NCBI RefSeq assembly: GCF_032191835.1
Contig: NC_083223.1
Span: forward strand, 257,610,001-257,674,000
Source of the DNA: Heteronotia binoei
Taxonomy: Eukaryota
Length of the DNA: 64,000 nt
Direction of reading: 5' to 3'
Part shown: positions 42,981 through 56,534 of the stretch, piece after piece
How positions within the stretch are numbered: position 1 is the first letter of the stretch
Layout: each line of letters opens with the position of its first letter
Position numbers and translations under genes: made by a program
The notes under the pieces: generated by a model
Database searches by the model: none
Told to the model about the DNA's origin: nothing
What the model saw: only the letters and a program-made list of their open reading frames with translations

Positions 42981-45836
42981 ATAGACAACTTAATAGCACA
43001 TAATTGTCCAGGGATCTCCAGGAGGTATCCTTGCTCTGATTACATTGAAAGCACTTCAGTGGCTCCTGGAGCATTCTAGCCTTTTTATTACAGAGCGCCA
43101 AGTAAGACTGAGCTTTGCCCACTTTTAGCCAAGAGCAGAAAGTGGAACTGGTATGGTATAGTGGTCGGTGTCAGACTAGGATTTGTAAAACCCTGATTCA
43201 AATCCCCTCTCGGCCTATCGAAGTTTGTTGGGTGACCTGGAGCAAGTCACATACTCTCAGTCTAACCTACCTCACAGGGTGGTTGTGAGGATAAAGTGGA
43301 GAAGGGGAGAATGTTGGGGATGAACTTCCTGACAGAGTGGAACAGGCTTCCTCAGGAGGTGGCGGGCTGTCCTTCCCTGGAGGTTTTTTTAAACAGAGAT
43401 TAGATGGCCATTTGACAGCAATGCGGATTTAGAGGGAGGCATTTGTGAATTTCCTGCATTGTGCAGGGGGTTGGACTAAATGACCCTGCCAACTTCCAAC
43501 CCTTCCAACTCTATTATATTCTATGATTCTGTGACCCATTCAGAAGAAAAGAGGGGCATCAGTGGAGTGAATACAGATTGCAATTTTTAGCAGCAGACTG
43601 CTGGTTAATTCCAGGTGACCTGTGACTCATAAGAACTCGTGCTAGAATGAATTTTAGGGTAAACAGTTATAATTCCATATGTTGTTATGAGTTGAGTAGG
43701 GTGCCTTGCAGCACGACAAACAAGAAAAGCATCCCTGCCCCAGGGATTTTACAGTCTCACTGGGGTGGTGGGAATGTTTGCAACAGGAGGGGAAGATACG
43801 AAGGTAAACAGCAGAAAGAAAATGCCAAAGCAGCAGAACAAAGTTTGAGTCCAGTGGCCCATGCACACTTCTTCAGACACAGTGAAACAAGATGTTCAGT
43901 CTTGTTCTACTGCATCTAAAGAAGTGTGCACGCACACGAAAGCTTATACCTTAAATAAAACTTTGCGGGTCTTAAAAGATGCCATTGGACTCAAACTTTG
44001 TTCAGAAAAGAGTGTTCCTTTTAGAAGTTTTGCTGGGGTGTGACAAATAAGCAACTGGAATGGTGGACTGAACTGGATATCGCCTTGATTCAGCAAGGGC
44101 CTTGTTACGTTTGGAAGCGAGATTGCTTAACACAGACTAGTCATGCCCCAACTCTTATAAGATCTTGGGTCTGCATTCTTAGCTGATAAATATAAAATGA
44201 AGCGGTGGATGAACATATGAAGCTGCCTTATACTGAATCAGACCTTTGGTCCATCAAAGTCAGTATTGTCTTCTCAGACTGGCAGCGGCTCTCCAGGGTC
44301 TCAAGCTGAGGATTTTCACGCCTACTTGCCTGGACCCTTTTTGGAGATGCCAGGGATTGAACCTGGGACCTTCTGCTTATCAAGCAGATGCTCTACCACT
44401 GAGCCACCGTCCCTCCCACGGATGGTGAGGGAGGGAGTCTGATTTTTAAAAACCCACCACCAACCTTAAGTAGATCACACAAGATTAAAATTAGGGAATC
44501 CCAGGTTTGAAGTGTTTGAATGGGTTTGTGAATATATGTAAGTGAAATGGCAGCAGGCAGTCAGTGTGGGGAGAGGAAGGTGCTTCAGAGGGGACTTCAA
44601 GAGGGTCAGTGGGGTGCATCATTCCCCCAGAGCAATAGGATTTTGGATGAGATGGGATCTCTGGACAGGAGCCAAGAAAAACAGCCTCCAGGGTGCTGCA
44701 GATGAGACAGAGGGAATGTGAGTGGCGGAATGTGGAGGCTACGACAAGAAGGGTAATGGGGGGAGGGGTGGAAATGGGACTCTCGGTAAGAAGTGGGGGT
44801 TAGTTTGGGGGTGGAGGAGTCTGGTTTGTAGAAGTGGGGCACGCTGAAAACCTGAGTGAGGAAGGGCTGGGATGAAAACTTGGAAGACGAGACAGGTGTT
44901 TGGAATGAGGAAAGAAAAAGAGGTTGTGATTGCCAACGTGGCAGATGGGTAATTAATGTGCGAGACAAGCTTTGGAAAGGAGGGGGGGGAATGTGGGAAT
45001 CAGGCTTTTTGGAGCAGTGCTGTGTTAGAGGGACAGAGAAGGGGGAAATGGGGGTTTCTGCTGGAGTGGTTCTCAATGACATCAGAATGGTTCCCATTAA
45101 ATACATGCAAACTTGTGCCATTTCTGGTTCATCCCGGATAGTTTCTGCCCCCTAGATTCAACAGTGGCAGCCTGAGATATGTGTAAGAAGGCACCCCAAA
45201 AAGCAGGGGAACTTAGCCCTTAGCAACAGTCTTAGAGGTGTGCCCTTGGAGTTTGTTTGGATTGTTTTGTTTAGCAATGTAGCATAACAGGCAGCTGGGC
45301 TAGTTGCCTGACAAAGAGCCTTGTGTTACTCGAAAACTTGCAGAAATAACCAGGAGTCTAGTGGCATCTTGAAGATGAACATGTTTAATTCTAGCATACA
45401 TTTCTGTAAGACTAGAACAAAGTGGGCTGCAGACCCTGAAATGCCAAAATAAAAACTTGTTGGCCTTTTAGATGTCATAGAATCATAGAATTGGAAGGGA
45501 CCTTCAGAGTCATCTAGTCCAACTCCCAACAGACTCCTGTTTATTTTTGTTGCAATAGACAAAGGCAGTTACTCCTCAAGAATTACTACCATTGAAAGAT
45601 TGGTAGTATTTTTCCAATGTTGTTTCCCTTTGGTTCTAAGCTACTTCCATCAAATCAGTACATTTGTTGGGTGGATTTTCCCGCATTAGTTGGATGAAAG
45701 AGACATTGAAGGAATTTATTTGGGATTCACCCTGGGAGAAGAAGATGGTGTGTTAGGAATTTGCAAGCATTTGAATTGCATAGAATTCCTGTCATCTTGA
45801 TGAAGTGTCCTGTGTAGCTCCTGTGCACAAGAGGAA

Positions 45837-45950
45837 ATTTAATTTTTTCTCACTTTAGGGACTGAAGCCTTTACCGTGTGAGCTTGAGCTTTTCATTCCT
45901 CAAGCTCACAGGGTAAAGGTTTCAGTCCCTAAAATGAGAAAAAATTAAAT
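45837..45950. repeat. Near-perfect inverted repeat (52-bp arms, 10-nt loop)
   Basis: 45837-45888 vs 45899-45950, with 3 mismatches. Confidence 0.9.
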
Positions 45951-47734
45951 GCCTGTAATCAGTCCAGAGATATCATTTTTGTTCAACCATCTGTTTTTCA
46001 CCTCTTAAACCTATCTTGCTCTTCAGCTCTGGCCATATCCATATCATATTGGAAGGACATGGCTAAATAACTTGTTCTCTGTGAGCCAGTTTGATGTAGT
46101 GGTTAAGTGCATGGGTTCTTATCTGGGAGAACTGGATTTGATTCCCCACGCCTCCACTTGCACCTGCTGCAACGGCCTTGGGTCAGCCATAGCTCTGTCA
46201 GAGGTTGTCCTTGAAAGGGCAGCTTCTGGGAGAGCTCTCTCAGCCCCAGCCACCTCACAGGGTGTCTGTTATGCGGGGGGGGGGGGGGGAGGTAAAGGAG
46301 ATTGTGACTGCTCTGAAACTCTGAGATTCAGAGTATAGAGCGAGATATAAATGCAATATTATCATCATCATCTGAGAACTGAGAATTCTGATCCATTTTG
46401 GCAGTTGTGAGTACAGAAACAAGGGGGGGGGGGAATTCTGGATTAATTAACCTTTTCTGAAGAAGAGGTTGCAGATACCCAGCCGTTGCCAATCCTCACA
46501 AAACACACAGACTCCTTTTCATTCTACACTTAAACCTGAATCTCTGTGAGTCTTAGAGAGATACAAGGAAAATTTCTGCCCTTTTGTCATTTCAATCAAG
46601 AGGCGCTGTTCCTTTTCTTGCTCACAGAAAGCAGGGTGCAACCTGATACCAACGATACTGCTTTCTTTCTACTTGCTTGTGAGCATTAACCACAGCAAGA
46701 TCAGGCTTTTAAAACCACAAAAGCCTGAAACATATTTAGTTTTTCTCCTCCTCCTCTCCTCTTCTGCTTTGTAATATCCAGCCCGCTGAAGGTGACTGGT
46801 GAATTGCAAAAGCTCATGTTCTTTTGGTAGGTCCTAATAAAAAGCGTTATGCGGATTGTATTTTGTTTCAGGATTCTGTTTTCAACAAGAGCCAGGAATG
46901 ACATCACAGCGATTTAAAAGTGCACAGGGAAATGCTTTCTTACACTCGTTGAACCTGGGACTTTCCTGCACACCGCCAGGGCTGAGCTCTGGACCGTCTC
47001 CAATTTTCCAAGAGCCTGAGGCAGAGGCTTTCCCCCCAGTCCTGTTCCTTGATCTTCTTTAAAAGAAGATGCTACAGATGGAACCCTCCTGCGTGCAAAG
47101 CATTTGCTTTGCCACGGAGCAATGTGCTTTTCATTCTTTGAGGGCCCCAAGATCCTTGGGGATCAACCTGAGATTCTGCAGAGTTGATCTTTCTCCTGAC
47201 CCCTTCCCTGGCTTCCACATACCAGGCACTTTATTGGACTGTTTTGCATTTCTCAGCCTGGCTGGGTCAGAGTTCCTTTTGGAAATAACATCTCTTCTTT
47301 TGTATGCTCCAGTCCACCCGAAGCAGGGAATCTGAGAAGGAAGGCACTCTGGGGAATTCCTTTGGCCTTCCAGGCTGCTGTTTGAAGCCCAGGCCTCTAC
47401 AGTTTTCAGCCTGGGAGGCAGAGGCCAGGTTCTTTGCTCTGCAGCTTGGCTTGTGAGATGTGGGCGTTGGCCAGCTGGTCCCCCATGCGCAGCCAGGAGA
47501 GCAGAGCAAAACAAAACACCTGTTGTTCCTGACACGCACTTCCTGGTTGGCACGTCTCCTACCTTGAACTCAGTCATGAGGGAATGAGCACCTGTCTGAC
47601 GTGAGTTCTGCATTGTGCGCAAACCAAGAGAGACTGGAGGGGGGGGGCAAGTTCTTAGAAAAGAGCCTATTACCCACATCCAATGCACCTTCCCCTTGAT
47701 TGTTTTGTTTTTCATACATACTCTCATTAATTTT

Positions 47735-47968
47735 TTGTTGTTCAGTTGTACAGTCACTTTCGACTCTTTGCGACCCCATGGACCAAGTCATGCCAGGCCC
47801 TCCGGTCTTCCACCATCCTTCGAAGTCTGCTCAAATTTGTGTTAGTTACATCAGAAATGCTGTCCAGCCATCTCATCTTTTGCCGTCTCCTTCTTTTTTT
47901 GCCTTCTGTCTTTCCCTGCGTCAGGGTCTTCTCCAGTGAGTGCTTCCTTCTCCTTTGGTGGCCAAATT
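47735..47968 (-). mobile_element. RTE-BovB LINE 3' end
   Basis: Minus frame SLEKTLTQGKTEGKKRRRRQKMRWLDSI...RRAWHDLVHGVAKSRK and a (CAA)n tail. Confidence 0.85.
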
Positions 47969-49169
47969 GCATATCGCAGAGAACTCTGGGAAGCATCCCC
48001 ACCGCATGGTTCTTGAGCCAAGCAAGGGCTCATTGGGCCTCGCTGTCTCACTGCAGGAGCTGTGCACAGCAGAGGAAGACTGTGAATAATGGGCATGCTT
48101 TCCTTCTCATTGAGAAGCCCCTGAAGGGTTTTGTTTGCCCCAGGGTTCCCCAGAGCACAGGGGGAATGCCATGACATTACTGTAGGCATCAGGAGGCTCA
48201 GAGGGGTGGCAGGTTTCCTGGTGCAAGGAAGTTGTCTTTGTGCTGTGCCGCTTGTTGTACAAATAAAGCACAGTGCATACGTGTAGCAGTTCCCGCCCGT
48301 TGCATGGGTTCAAGAGGAACGATTACCAGAAGCAGCTGACTGTCTGCCAGTTCCTTGTTACAGAAGAAGACAGTTGGAGGGGCTTGATTCGTGTGGCATA
48401 GTTCTTGCAAAGGCATGGAAGGCTTTGTGTGTTGCAGTGCCCCACTGAACATTTTTTTTTTAAAGAAGCAACAACAGACACGCACAAGTCCCTGAACCTA
48501 GGAAGCTGGAGGCGTCAGGGAGGAAACTATCTTCTCCTTGAAACACTAGTTTTCTATGCTGCAGAGAGTTGCTCATGATCTAGTATACATTTATTTACTT
48601 CCCTGATGGGGACCCAAAGCATTTTATGTTGTTCTCCTCCTCCTCCATTTAACTTCACAGCAACAACCCTGTGAGTTAGGGTTAGGTTAAGATTGTCCCC
48701 TGGTCACCCATCAAGCTTCTGTGGCAGTTTGAAATCTGGGTCTCGCAGATCCTAGTCTGACATCCTAACCACCCTAAAGGTCTTGACTACACCACACTTA
48801 GATGGGGGAAACATGAAGTTGTGGGATCCCTGCCTTGCAGTGTGACGTGGTACAGTCCAGCAAGAGCTGCTTGATCACTCTGTTGCATCATTCAGCTCTG
48901 ATGCTGTCTCTTAGTCTGTGTAGCTGTGGCATGAATGAGGCTTTTGATGTGATACTTACCTGGTTGCACAGGTGGGCCTTGAATCCTTCATTGTTACTTT
49001 GTTTGTAGTTCACCTTTCTCTGTGTTTGTAGTCCACCTTTCTCATTGAGACTCAAGGGGGGGTGTTACCAAACGAGAAAGCAATGCAGTAAAAATCAGTA
49101 TAAGACTTAACATGTTGCAGTAAGCAGTGTGCCTTCCTTGAAAATATGGAGATTACTTTTACAGCTTGT

Positions 49170-49318
49170 NNNNNNNNNNNNNNNNNNNNNNNNNNNNNNN
49201 NNNNNNNNNNNNNNNNNNNNNNNNNNNNNNNNNNNNNNNNNNNNNNNNNNNNNNNNNNNNNNNNNNNNNNNNNNNNNNNNNNNNNNNNNNNNNNNNNNNN
49301 NNNNNNNNNNNNNNNNNN
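49170..49318. other. Assembly gap (149 N)
   Basis: Run of N. Confidence 1.
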
Positions 49319-51642
49319 GGCCCCCAAAGTGGCTTACAGCATTCTCCTCTCCTTCATATTATCCTCACAACAAACTGTGAGGTCGTTTAGGCTGAGAGAC
49401 CGCAACTGTCCCAAGGTTACCTGGCAAGCTTCCATGACAAGAGTGATCCAGGTGGGCAGCTGTGTTGGTCTGAAGCAATAGAACAGAGTAGGGGGTCAAG
49501 TAGCACCTTTAAGACCAACAAAGTTTTAATCAGAATGTAAGCTTTTGTATGCATGCATACTTCTTCATACGAGGGGATGGGGTACAGTGAACTGAAATAG
49601 ATATAACTGGTGGGTTAAGAGTGTAGACTGATACAAAGTTAGGATCAAATGGCAAAATAGTGTAATAAACTGGAAGACCATTTGGTCTGGATAGCTTTTG
49701 CATAGGAAGCCAATAAAAGGTAATAAAAATTGCCTGTTAATTGCTCTTGCTACAAGTCTAGGTAAAACAAAAGGGCATGTATTTCCTAGTGATGTTCTTG
49801 TCCACCTAATGTGTTTTTTTTGACATGTAAAGTATATTATAAACATCATTCTAGTTTGCCATTAGAAAAAAAAGTTTAAATTAAAATATAGTGAAAATGG
49901 GTTAAATATTCAAATCCTGCATCTCCCAGGTACTAGTCCGACACTCTTAACCACTACACCACGCTGGCTTTCAGTGTTCTTTGGTAATATGCGGATGATA
50001 AACACCATGTATAATAAAGTTAGAGTCCAGGGGCAGAGTTCAGGGTGTGAGTTTTGTGTACAGCACACTGCCTCGGACAAAACACCATGTAGGTAATGCA
50101 TGGGGAAAACTTTGTATCCTTAAATAATTAGCCTCTTTTATAATAATAATAAATAATAAATTTTTAATTTATATCCTGCCCTCCCTGCCGAAGCAGGCTC
50201 AGAGCGGCTTCCTCAAGTGGACCCTCTTCTTTCCCCTCTCCCCTTTTTAAGCAGACAGCTTTTTATGGGGGCATATGGATGCCTGGACAGATGGCGGCTG
50301 CCATAAAGGTCTCCTCCTCGGGAGGGGAGAGGCCTGGTGCACACCCATGAACCTAATCATGGATAAACAACTTTATCTTCCAGCCTGGCAAAGGTGGGTG
50401 GTGCTTCTGCAGGCTGGGGAATGTGTGAGCTTAACGTTGGGAAAGGTTCCAGGTTTGTTTGTTCTGAGGGGTGTGGTGGGGGGAGAGATCCTCCCAGCAA
50501 CTTGGCCTAGGAGGACCTTTTATCTCTGTGGAGGTGGGAGGAAACAGAGGTCTGGCCAGTGGGATAGCTCACGCTGTCGGGAGCAGCCACAGGCCTCTTT
50601 CTCCAGGGTTCGACCCAGCTGGCCATCAGGCAGCTTGTGTAGATGCAGGGAGCGTAAGAAAAGCCCTGGTGGATCAGGCCCCATGTCAAGCCGTTCCAGC
50701 ATCCTGCTCCTGGGAAGCTTGTAGGAAGAAGATGATGATATTGGATTTATATCCCGCTCTCCACTCTGAATCTCAGAGCGGCTCACAATCTCCTTTATCT
50801 TCCTCCCCCACAACAGACACCCTGTGAGGTGGATGGGGCTGAGAGGACTCTCACAGCAGCTACCCTTTCAAGGATAACTCCTGCGAGAGCTACGGCTGAC
50901 CCAAGGCCATTCCAGGTGCAAGTGGAGGAGTGGGGAATCAAACCCGGTTCTCCCAGATAAGAGTCCGCACACTTAACCACTACACCAAACTGGCTCAGGC
51001 AGACGACACCAAACTGGAAGGCAGACGGATTCTGTCCTCACGGTCCAGTATCCGGCTTCCACCAAGATTCCATTGAGGTTTTTTGTTTACGTTATTGTGA
51101 CTCATAGTATTGATAGACACACATTCATGAATGGTCAAATACATTCTGCCCTGCCTGCCCTCCAAGGAACTCAAGGCAGTGAGCATGATTTGCCCTTCCT
51201 CCATTTTATTCTCACAAAATACCCTTGTGAAGTAGTTTCTCAGGCAACATAGGTCTAAGCCAATGGGGAACAGAGGCGGCTGCCTTGGGCCCCCAACTTA
51301 GGGTTGCCAGCTCTGGGTTGGGAAAGACCTGGAGATCTTGGGGGTGGGGCCTGAGGAAGGTGTGGTTCAATGATTTCAATGGGATATAACACCAGAGTCC
51401 ATCTTCCAAAGTTGCCATTTTCTCCAGGTGAACCGATCTCTGTTGCCTGGATATCAGTAATAGCAAGAGGTTTCCAGCTGCTACCTGGAGGTTGGCAACC
51501 CTACTCACATTTGGGGGAATTCAAATGCCCATGGCCCTGCCCCATCCCCAGAGGAGGGGAGAATAAAGAAGAGCAGGCTCCTACTGCTGCTTCTATCTGC
51601 CCTGTCTGGGGGATCAGGCAGCTGGCTTCTGGTGGTAGGAAT

Positions 51643-51925
51643 AGCTCCCACTGTGGCGCAGAGTGGTAAAGCTGCAGTACTGCAGTCCAAACTTGGCTCA
51701 CAACCTGAGTTCGATCCTGGGGGAAGCTGGGTTCAGGTAGCTGGCTCATGGTTGACTCTGCCTTCCATCTTTCCGAGGTTGGTAGAATGAGTGCCCAGCT
51801 GGCTGTGGGTAAAGTGTAGATGACTGAGGAAGGCAATGGCAAACCAACCTGTAAAAAAGTCTGCCATGAAAATGTTGCGAAAGTAGCGTCACCCCAGAGT
51901 TGCTTGCACAGGGGATCCCTTTACC
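51643..51925 (+). mobile_element. Sauria-type SINE (others at ~33.06-33.25 kb -, 54.43-54.85 kb -, 62.91-63.19 kb -, 63.29-63.59 kb +)
   Basis: tRNA-like head gtggcgcagagtggtaaagctgcagtactgcag...gagttcgatcc, body gttgactc(a/t)gccttccatc and ggcaatggcaaacc, tail ending cctttacct. Confidence 0.85.
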
Positions 51926-52389
51926 TCACATAGGGTAAGGGCCACCGCTTGTAGAGCCCTGGGTGGGAAGCTGGCAGTGGGGTGGCATTAATTGTGAGGC
52001 TGCATCCTGGATTTTTGCCCAGGATCCCAGAATTACTAAGACCATCCCTGCTCTTGGGATGCTAACCATCATGTAAGACAAATGTTTAGCAACTAAGCAA
52101 GTCTGACAAACCGGGTTCCTGCTGAGCTATGCAAGCAAGTTAGGTTTATCATACTATTGTTTGTGGACAACACCAACATATTTCTGGCTATGTTAGGAAT
52201 TTGCAGATTTGGCCATTACAATTGATATAACGCAGGGGTGGCCAAACTGAGTCATGAGCCACATGTGGCTCTTTTATACGTGTGTCTCTCTCAAAGCCCC
52301 CGCCACCCCATCAATCGTTTGGAGAAGGCATTTCTCACTTTAAATCACTTTCCCAAGCAAGCCAGCTGGCAGTTTGGAGAATGCATTTA

Positions 52390-52616
52390 NNNNNNNNNNN
52401 NNNNNNNNNNNNNNNNNNNNNNNNNNNNNNNNNNNNNNNNNNNNNNNNNNNNNNNNNNNNNNNNNNNNNNNNNNNNNNNNNNNNNNNNNNNNNNNNNNNN
52501 NNNNNNNNNNNNNNNNNNNNNNNNNNNNNNNNNNNNNNNNNNNNNNNNNNNNNNNNNNNNNNNNNNNNNNNNNNNNNNNNNNNNNNNNNNNNNNNNNNNN
52601 NNNNNNNNNNNNNNNN
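52390..52616. other. Assembly gap (227 N) inside a MITE
   Basis: Run of N flanked on both sides by the same MITE family. Confidence 1.
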
Positions 52617-54032
52617 GTGGCTCCCAAACATCTGACGTTTATTCTCTGTGGCTCTTGTGTTAAGCAAGTTTGGCCACCCCCGATCTAGTGTATGCAATTA
52701 AAATTCTAGATTGGCTTTGTTGTATGGTGTTCTGATACTGAGTTGTAGATTACAGTTCAGACTGGTTTTCAGTTTCTGCTTTTCAGTTTCGGGAGTTCTC
52801 TTACCGCTTTGCCCTGAGCTGGATGGCCAGGCTAGCCCAATCTCAACAGATCTCAGAAGCTAGCGAGTTTGGCCCTGGTGGCTAATATTTGGAATGGGTG
52901 ACTATTAAGGAAATCCAAGGCCTCTGTGCGGAGCCAGGCCCTGGCAAACCAGTTCTGAGCATCTGTTGCCTTGAAAACCCTCTGGGGTCACCATAAGCCA
53001 TCTTGACTTGACAGCACTACATGCACTGCTTTTTGAGTTCCAATTCCAAATATGCAGAACTATGGCTGTTGGAACTGGATTTGAATTAGGTTGGAGCCTT
53101 ACGTTTAAATCCTCCTCTAGCCCTTTTTTTTTTTACCTCCGCCTAGGTTCTCCTTATCTGTTAAGTGGGAGCAATATTGATCGAGTTCACAAGGTTGTGT
53201 TGTAAAGGCAAACAAGATAGGAGATCATTGTAAAGCAATTTGTCTGTTAAAAGCTATGAAGTAAAACTGCTTGTCTGTAGGTTCCCAAGGAAGTGTTTTT
53301 TTTCTTCACCTAACATGTAATTAACTTATGGAATGTATCGCCGCAAGACAGGATAATGGCTGCTGGCTTTAGATGGCTTTTTAAAATAGGATTAGACAAA
53401 TCCATGGAGGATATGTCTGGTGGTGGCTATTACCCTTTAGAATTAGGAATGGAACCTTCATGGACAGAGTATATTAGTGTCGCAGCTGGGCTATGAATCA
53501 GACTGTCCTTGACTTGGAATCTTGCTTGCTTCTTTGAACTCCCTGGGACACCTTAGGCAAGTGATATCTCTCAGTCTCCCTCTTGTAGACTTCCTGGAAA
53601 CATCTGACTGATGTTGGACACTAGATTCTTGACAAGGTAGATTTTTCTGATCCAGCAAGGCAATACTTTAGTCCAGTGGCCCCCAACCTTTTTGGCACCA
53701 GGGACCAGTTTTGTGGAAGACAATTTTTCCACAGACCGGTGGGGGTGGGGATGTTGGGGTTTTTGCTGCCCCAGACTGACCCCAAGCCCACACCCCATCC
53801 CTGCCACCCATGGGGGTCTTTACATAAGGAGTAGGTGAAGGTCTCTGCATCACTCCACAGCCTGGTTGCTAATTGGCCATGAACCTGGGGTTGGGGACCC
53901 CTGTGTTAGCCCCTTGTAGATGATAACACCATCAAGAGCTATTAGCTGATGGAAACAAAGAACCCTCCATGTTCAGTGACAATATACATTTGAATATGGT
54001 TTACTGGTAGGCAGATAACAGGTGGACAGCTG

Positions 54033-54360
54033 CAGGGCTTTTTGTTTGTAGCAGGACCTCCTTTGCTTATTAGGCCACACACCTCCTGATGTAGCCCATC
54101 CTCCTGGAGCTTACAGGGCTCTTAGTACAGGGCCTACTGTAAGCTCCAGGAGGACTTTCTACATCAGGGGTGTGTGGCCTAATATTCAAAGGAGCTTCTG
54201 CTAGAATTCCATCCCTGGGCCACACACCCCTGATGTAGCCAATCCTCCAAGAGCTTACAGGGCAGTTCGTACAGGGCCTACTGTAAGCTCCAGGAGGATT
54301 GGCTACATCAGGGGTGTGTGGCCTAATATGCAAAGGAATCCCTGCTATAAAAAAAAGCTC
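54033..54360. mobile_element. Palindromic CAGGGCTTTTTT-type MITE with a duplicated hairpin (single-unit copies at ~16054-16200 and 32145-32323)
   Basis: Two successive copies of ggccacacacccctgatgtagccaatcctcc...ggaggattggctacatcaggggtgtgtggcc. Confidence 0.8.
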
Positions 54361-56534
54361 TAGTTGGCTTCATGCTGGGCTTGTGCGTTCCCGGGAACAG
54401 CCAGCCATTTTGGGTGCAGGAAGTTGGACTAAAGGTAAAGGTAGTCCCCTGTGCAAGCAACAGTCGTTTCCGACTCTGGGGTGACGTTGCTTTCACAACG
54501 TTTTCATGGCAGACTTTTTACAGGGTGGTTTGCCATTGCAGTCATCTACATTTCCCCCCCAGCAAGCTGGGTACTCATTTTACCGACCTCGGAAGGATGG
54601 AAGGCTGAGTCAACCTGGAGCCGGCTACCTGAACGCCGGGATCAAACTCAGGTCGTGAGCGGAGCTTAGGACTGCAGTAGAATCATAAAATCATAGAGTT
54701 GGAAGGGACCTCCAGGGTCATCTAGTCCAACCCCCTGCACAGTGCAGGAAACTCACAAACACCTCCCCCTAAATTCACAGGATCTTCATTGCTGTCAGAT
54801 GGCCATCTCGCCTCTGTACTGCAGCTTTACCACTCGACGCCACGGGGCTAACGTGGACTAAGTTGGACTAACTTGGTGCAATTCTGATGTGCTGTGTAGC
54901 TTTTGCAAAATGCCTGTCCTATGGAAAGGGCAGGCTAAAAATCGAATAAAATAAATAAAATGATGATGGTATTCCTATGGTCACGTTGTTCAAACAGTGG
55001 CTCTTGCGGGCAGCTGGTCGTTTTTGGTGCTGTCTGTTCTATAGAACGCATGAAGGTTCTTTATACTGTATCAAACCTTCTGTCTGCCAAGGCCAGTGTT
55101 GTCTGCTCCCTTGCCAGCAGCTCTCCCAAGGTCTCAGGCATTCACTGCTTGTTTCTTTCAACTGGAGATGCTGGGGACCAAACCTGGGACCTTCTGCATG
55201 CCAAACAGAGACTCTCCCACTAAACCAAAGCCCCCTCCCCCTGTATGATGTCTTTAAAAACAAAATGCCATCATGGTATAAACTTGACAGAATTTAAATC
55301 CCACCAGTGTGTTTGGGGTTCATGTCTTCTGAGGGAAGCTCAGGCTGCTGCTGGCACAGAAGTAAAACTGTCCTGGGTTGACAAAAGGCAGCGCTTGAAA
55401 CAAAACACTGGAAATATTAGCTCAGGGCAGGGTGGGGGGCGGAGGCATGGCTGAACGGCTGCTTGGCTTCCTCACACAGGCGCAGCCCGCCGGCCACATG
55501 GCACGTGCGACTCCCCGGCTCTCTTGGCGCTTGAATGACTAACCGGGAGGCCCCCAAACAATGCCAACAGCTGCCTGGCTTAAGGAAAGAAAGAGCGGCC
55601 TAGAGAAAGGAGAGGCCCCGGGGTTCGTATTTCACTCCTGCTGGCTCAGCACATGGGCCTTTCTCCCCCCACTTCTTGCTCTTGTCGAAGCAGCTGCCTT
55701 AACTGGTTGTGGGGGGAAGGGAAAAGTCTCTATAGGCATGTTGTAACCACTGCCCCTTCACCACCCCGTGGAGATCAATAAATCTTGCAAGCCGGGAGCA
55801 GCCAAGCTGCTTCTTGGAGACCAGGTGCAGTTGAGAAGGAGAGGCGCTGGCCCGCGTGGAGATAAGCTTCGGCATGTTTACTCTCTGAAGTTCTGCAACC
55901 ACTAATGCCTCGAATTTTGGTATCTCTTGACTGGCGGCATCTTTCTGCGGCTTAAGAGATCTGGATAGGTTTGGGGCTTGCTTCGACGCTGAATGCTTGC
56001 CAAAGCCCCTCAGTGTGAGCTCACCTCTCATAAAATCAGATTTGCTTGGGCTGGACTTCATTACCAAAACCGTATTGTTTATATAGGAAGACTAGAATAG
56101 CAGCAACCAGCGGAGCATGGATGATCACTGTGAGGTTTGGAATCCATCTCATATAACTTCCACTGGTGGCAGCACCTGGTACCCACCACAAAGAACCTTT
56201 TTGACTCGGGGGCCTGGAACAGATGCTGCCAGTAGTCAAACAGAGCTATGTGGTCCATTCTTACTGTTTCATAGTACTTTTTTACACTTTTTTCTGTCAT
56301 CCTGATGCTCTAGCTTTCCCTCTCCCTGGGAAATCACTATGCTGATGTTGTTGTTCAGTCGCACAGTCAAGTCTGACTCTTTGGAATAGAACAGAGAGTG
56401 CTACAAGGGTGAAGTTTGTGGCTTGGCAGCTGGGGGATTTGCTGAAAACTTCTGAGTTCATGTGAAGGGCTGAAGGTGGATGTGATTGTTGATGATTGAT
56501 TAGAGCGGCTGTGTTCCCCACCCTCTTTGCATTA

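Noticed and set aside
48951-48963. ATACTTACCTGG, identical to the U1 snRNA 5' end
   Set aside because: The match stops after 12 nt. It is equally a consensus minus-strand donor, and no supported exon was found.
50255-50393. Candidate DACT exon 2 (strong acceptor tttttaagcag, donor AAG|gtgggt)
   Set aside because: Phase-0 reading from exon 1 hits a stop, and there is no DSRPSSG-like motif in any frame.
55699-56300. Minus-strand ORF fragments that might be a gene or retrocopy
   Set aside because: Broken across frames, no recognisable family. At best a very old LINE remnant.
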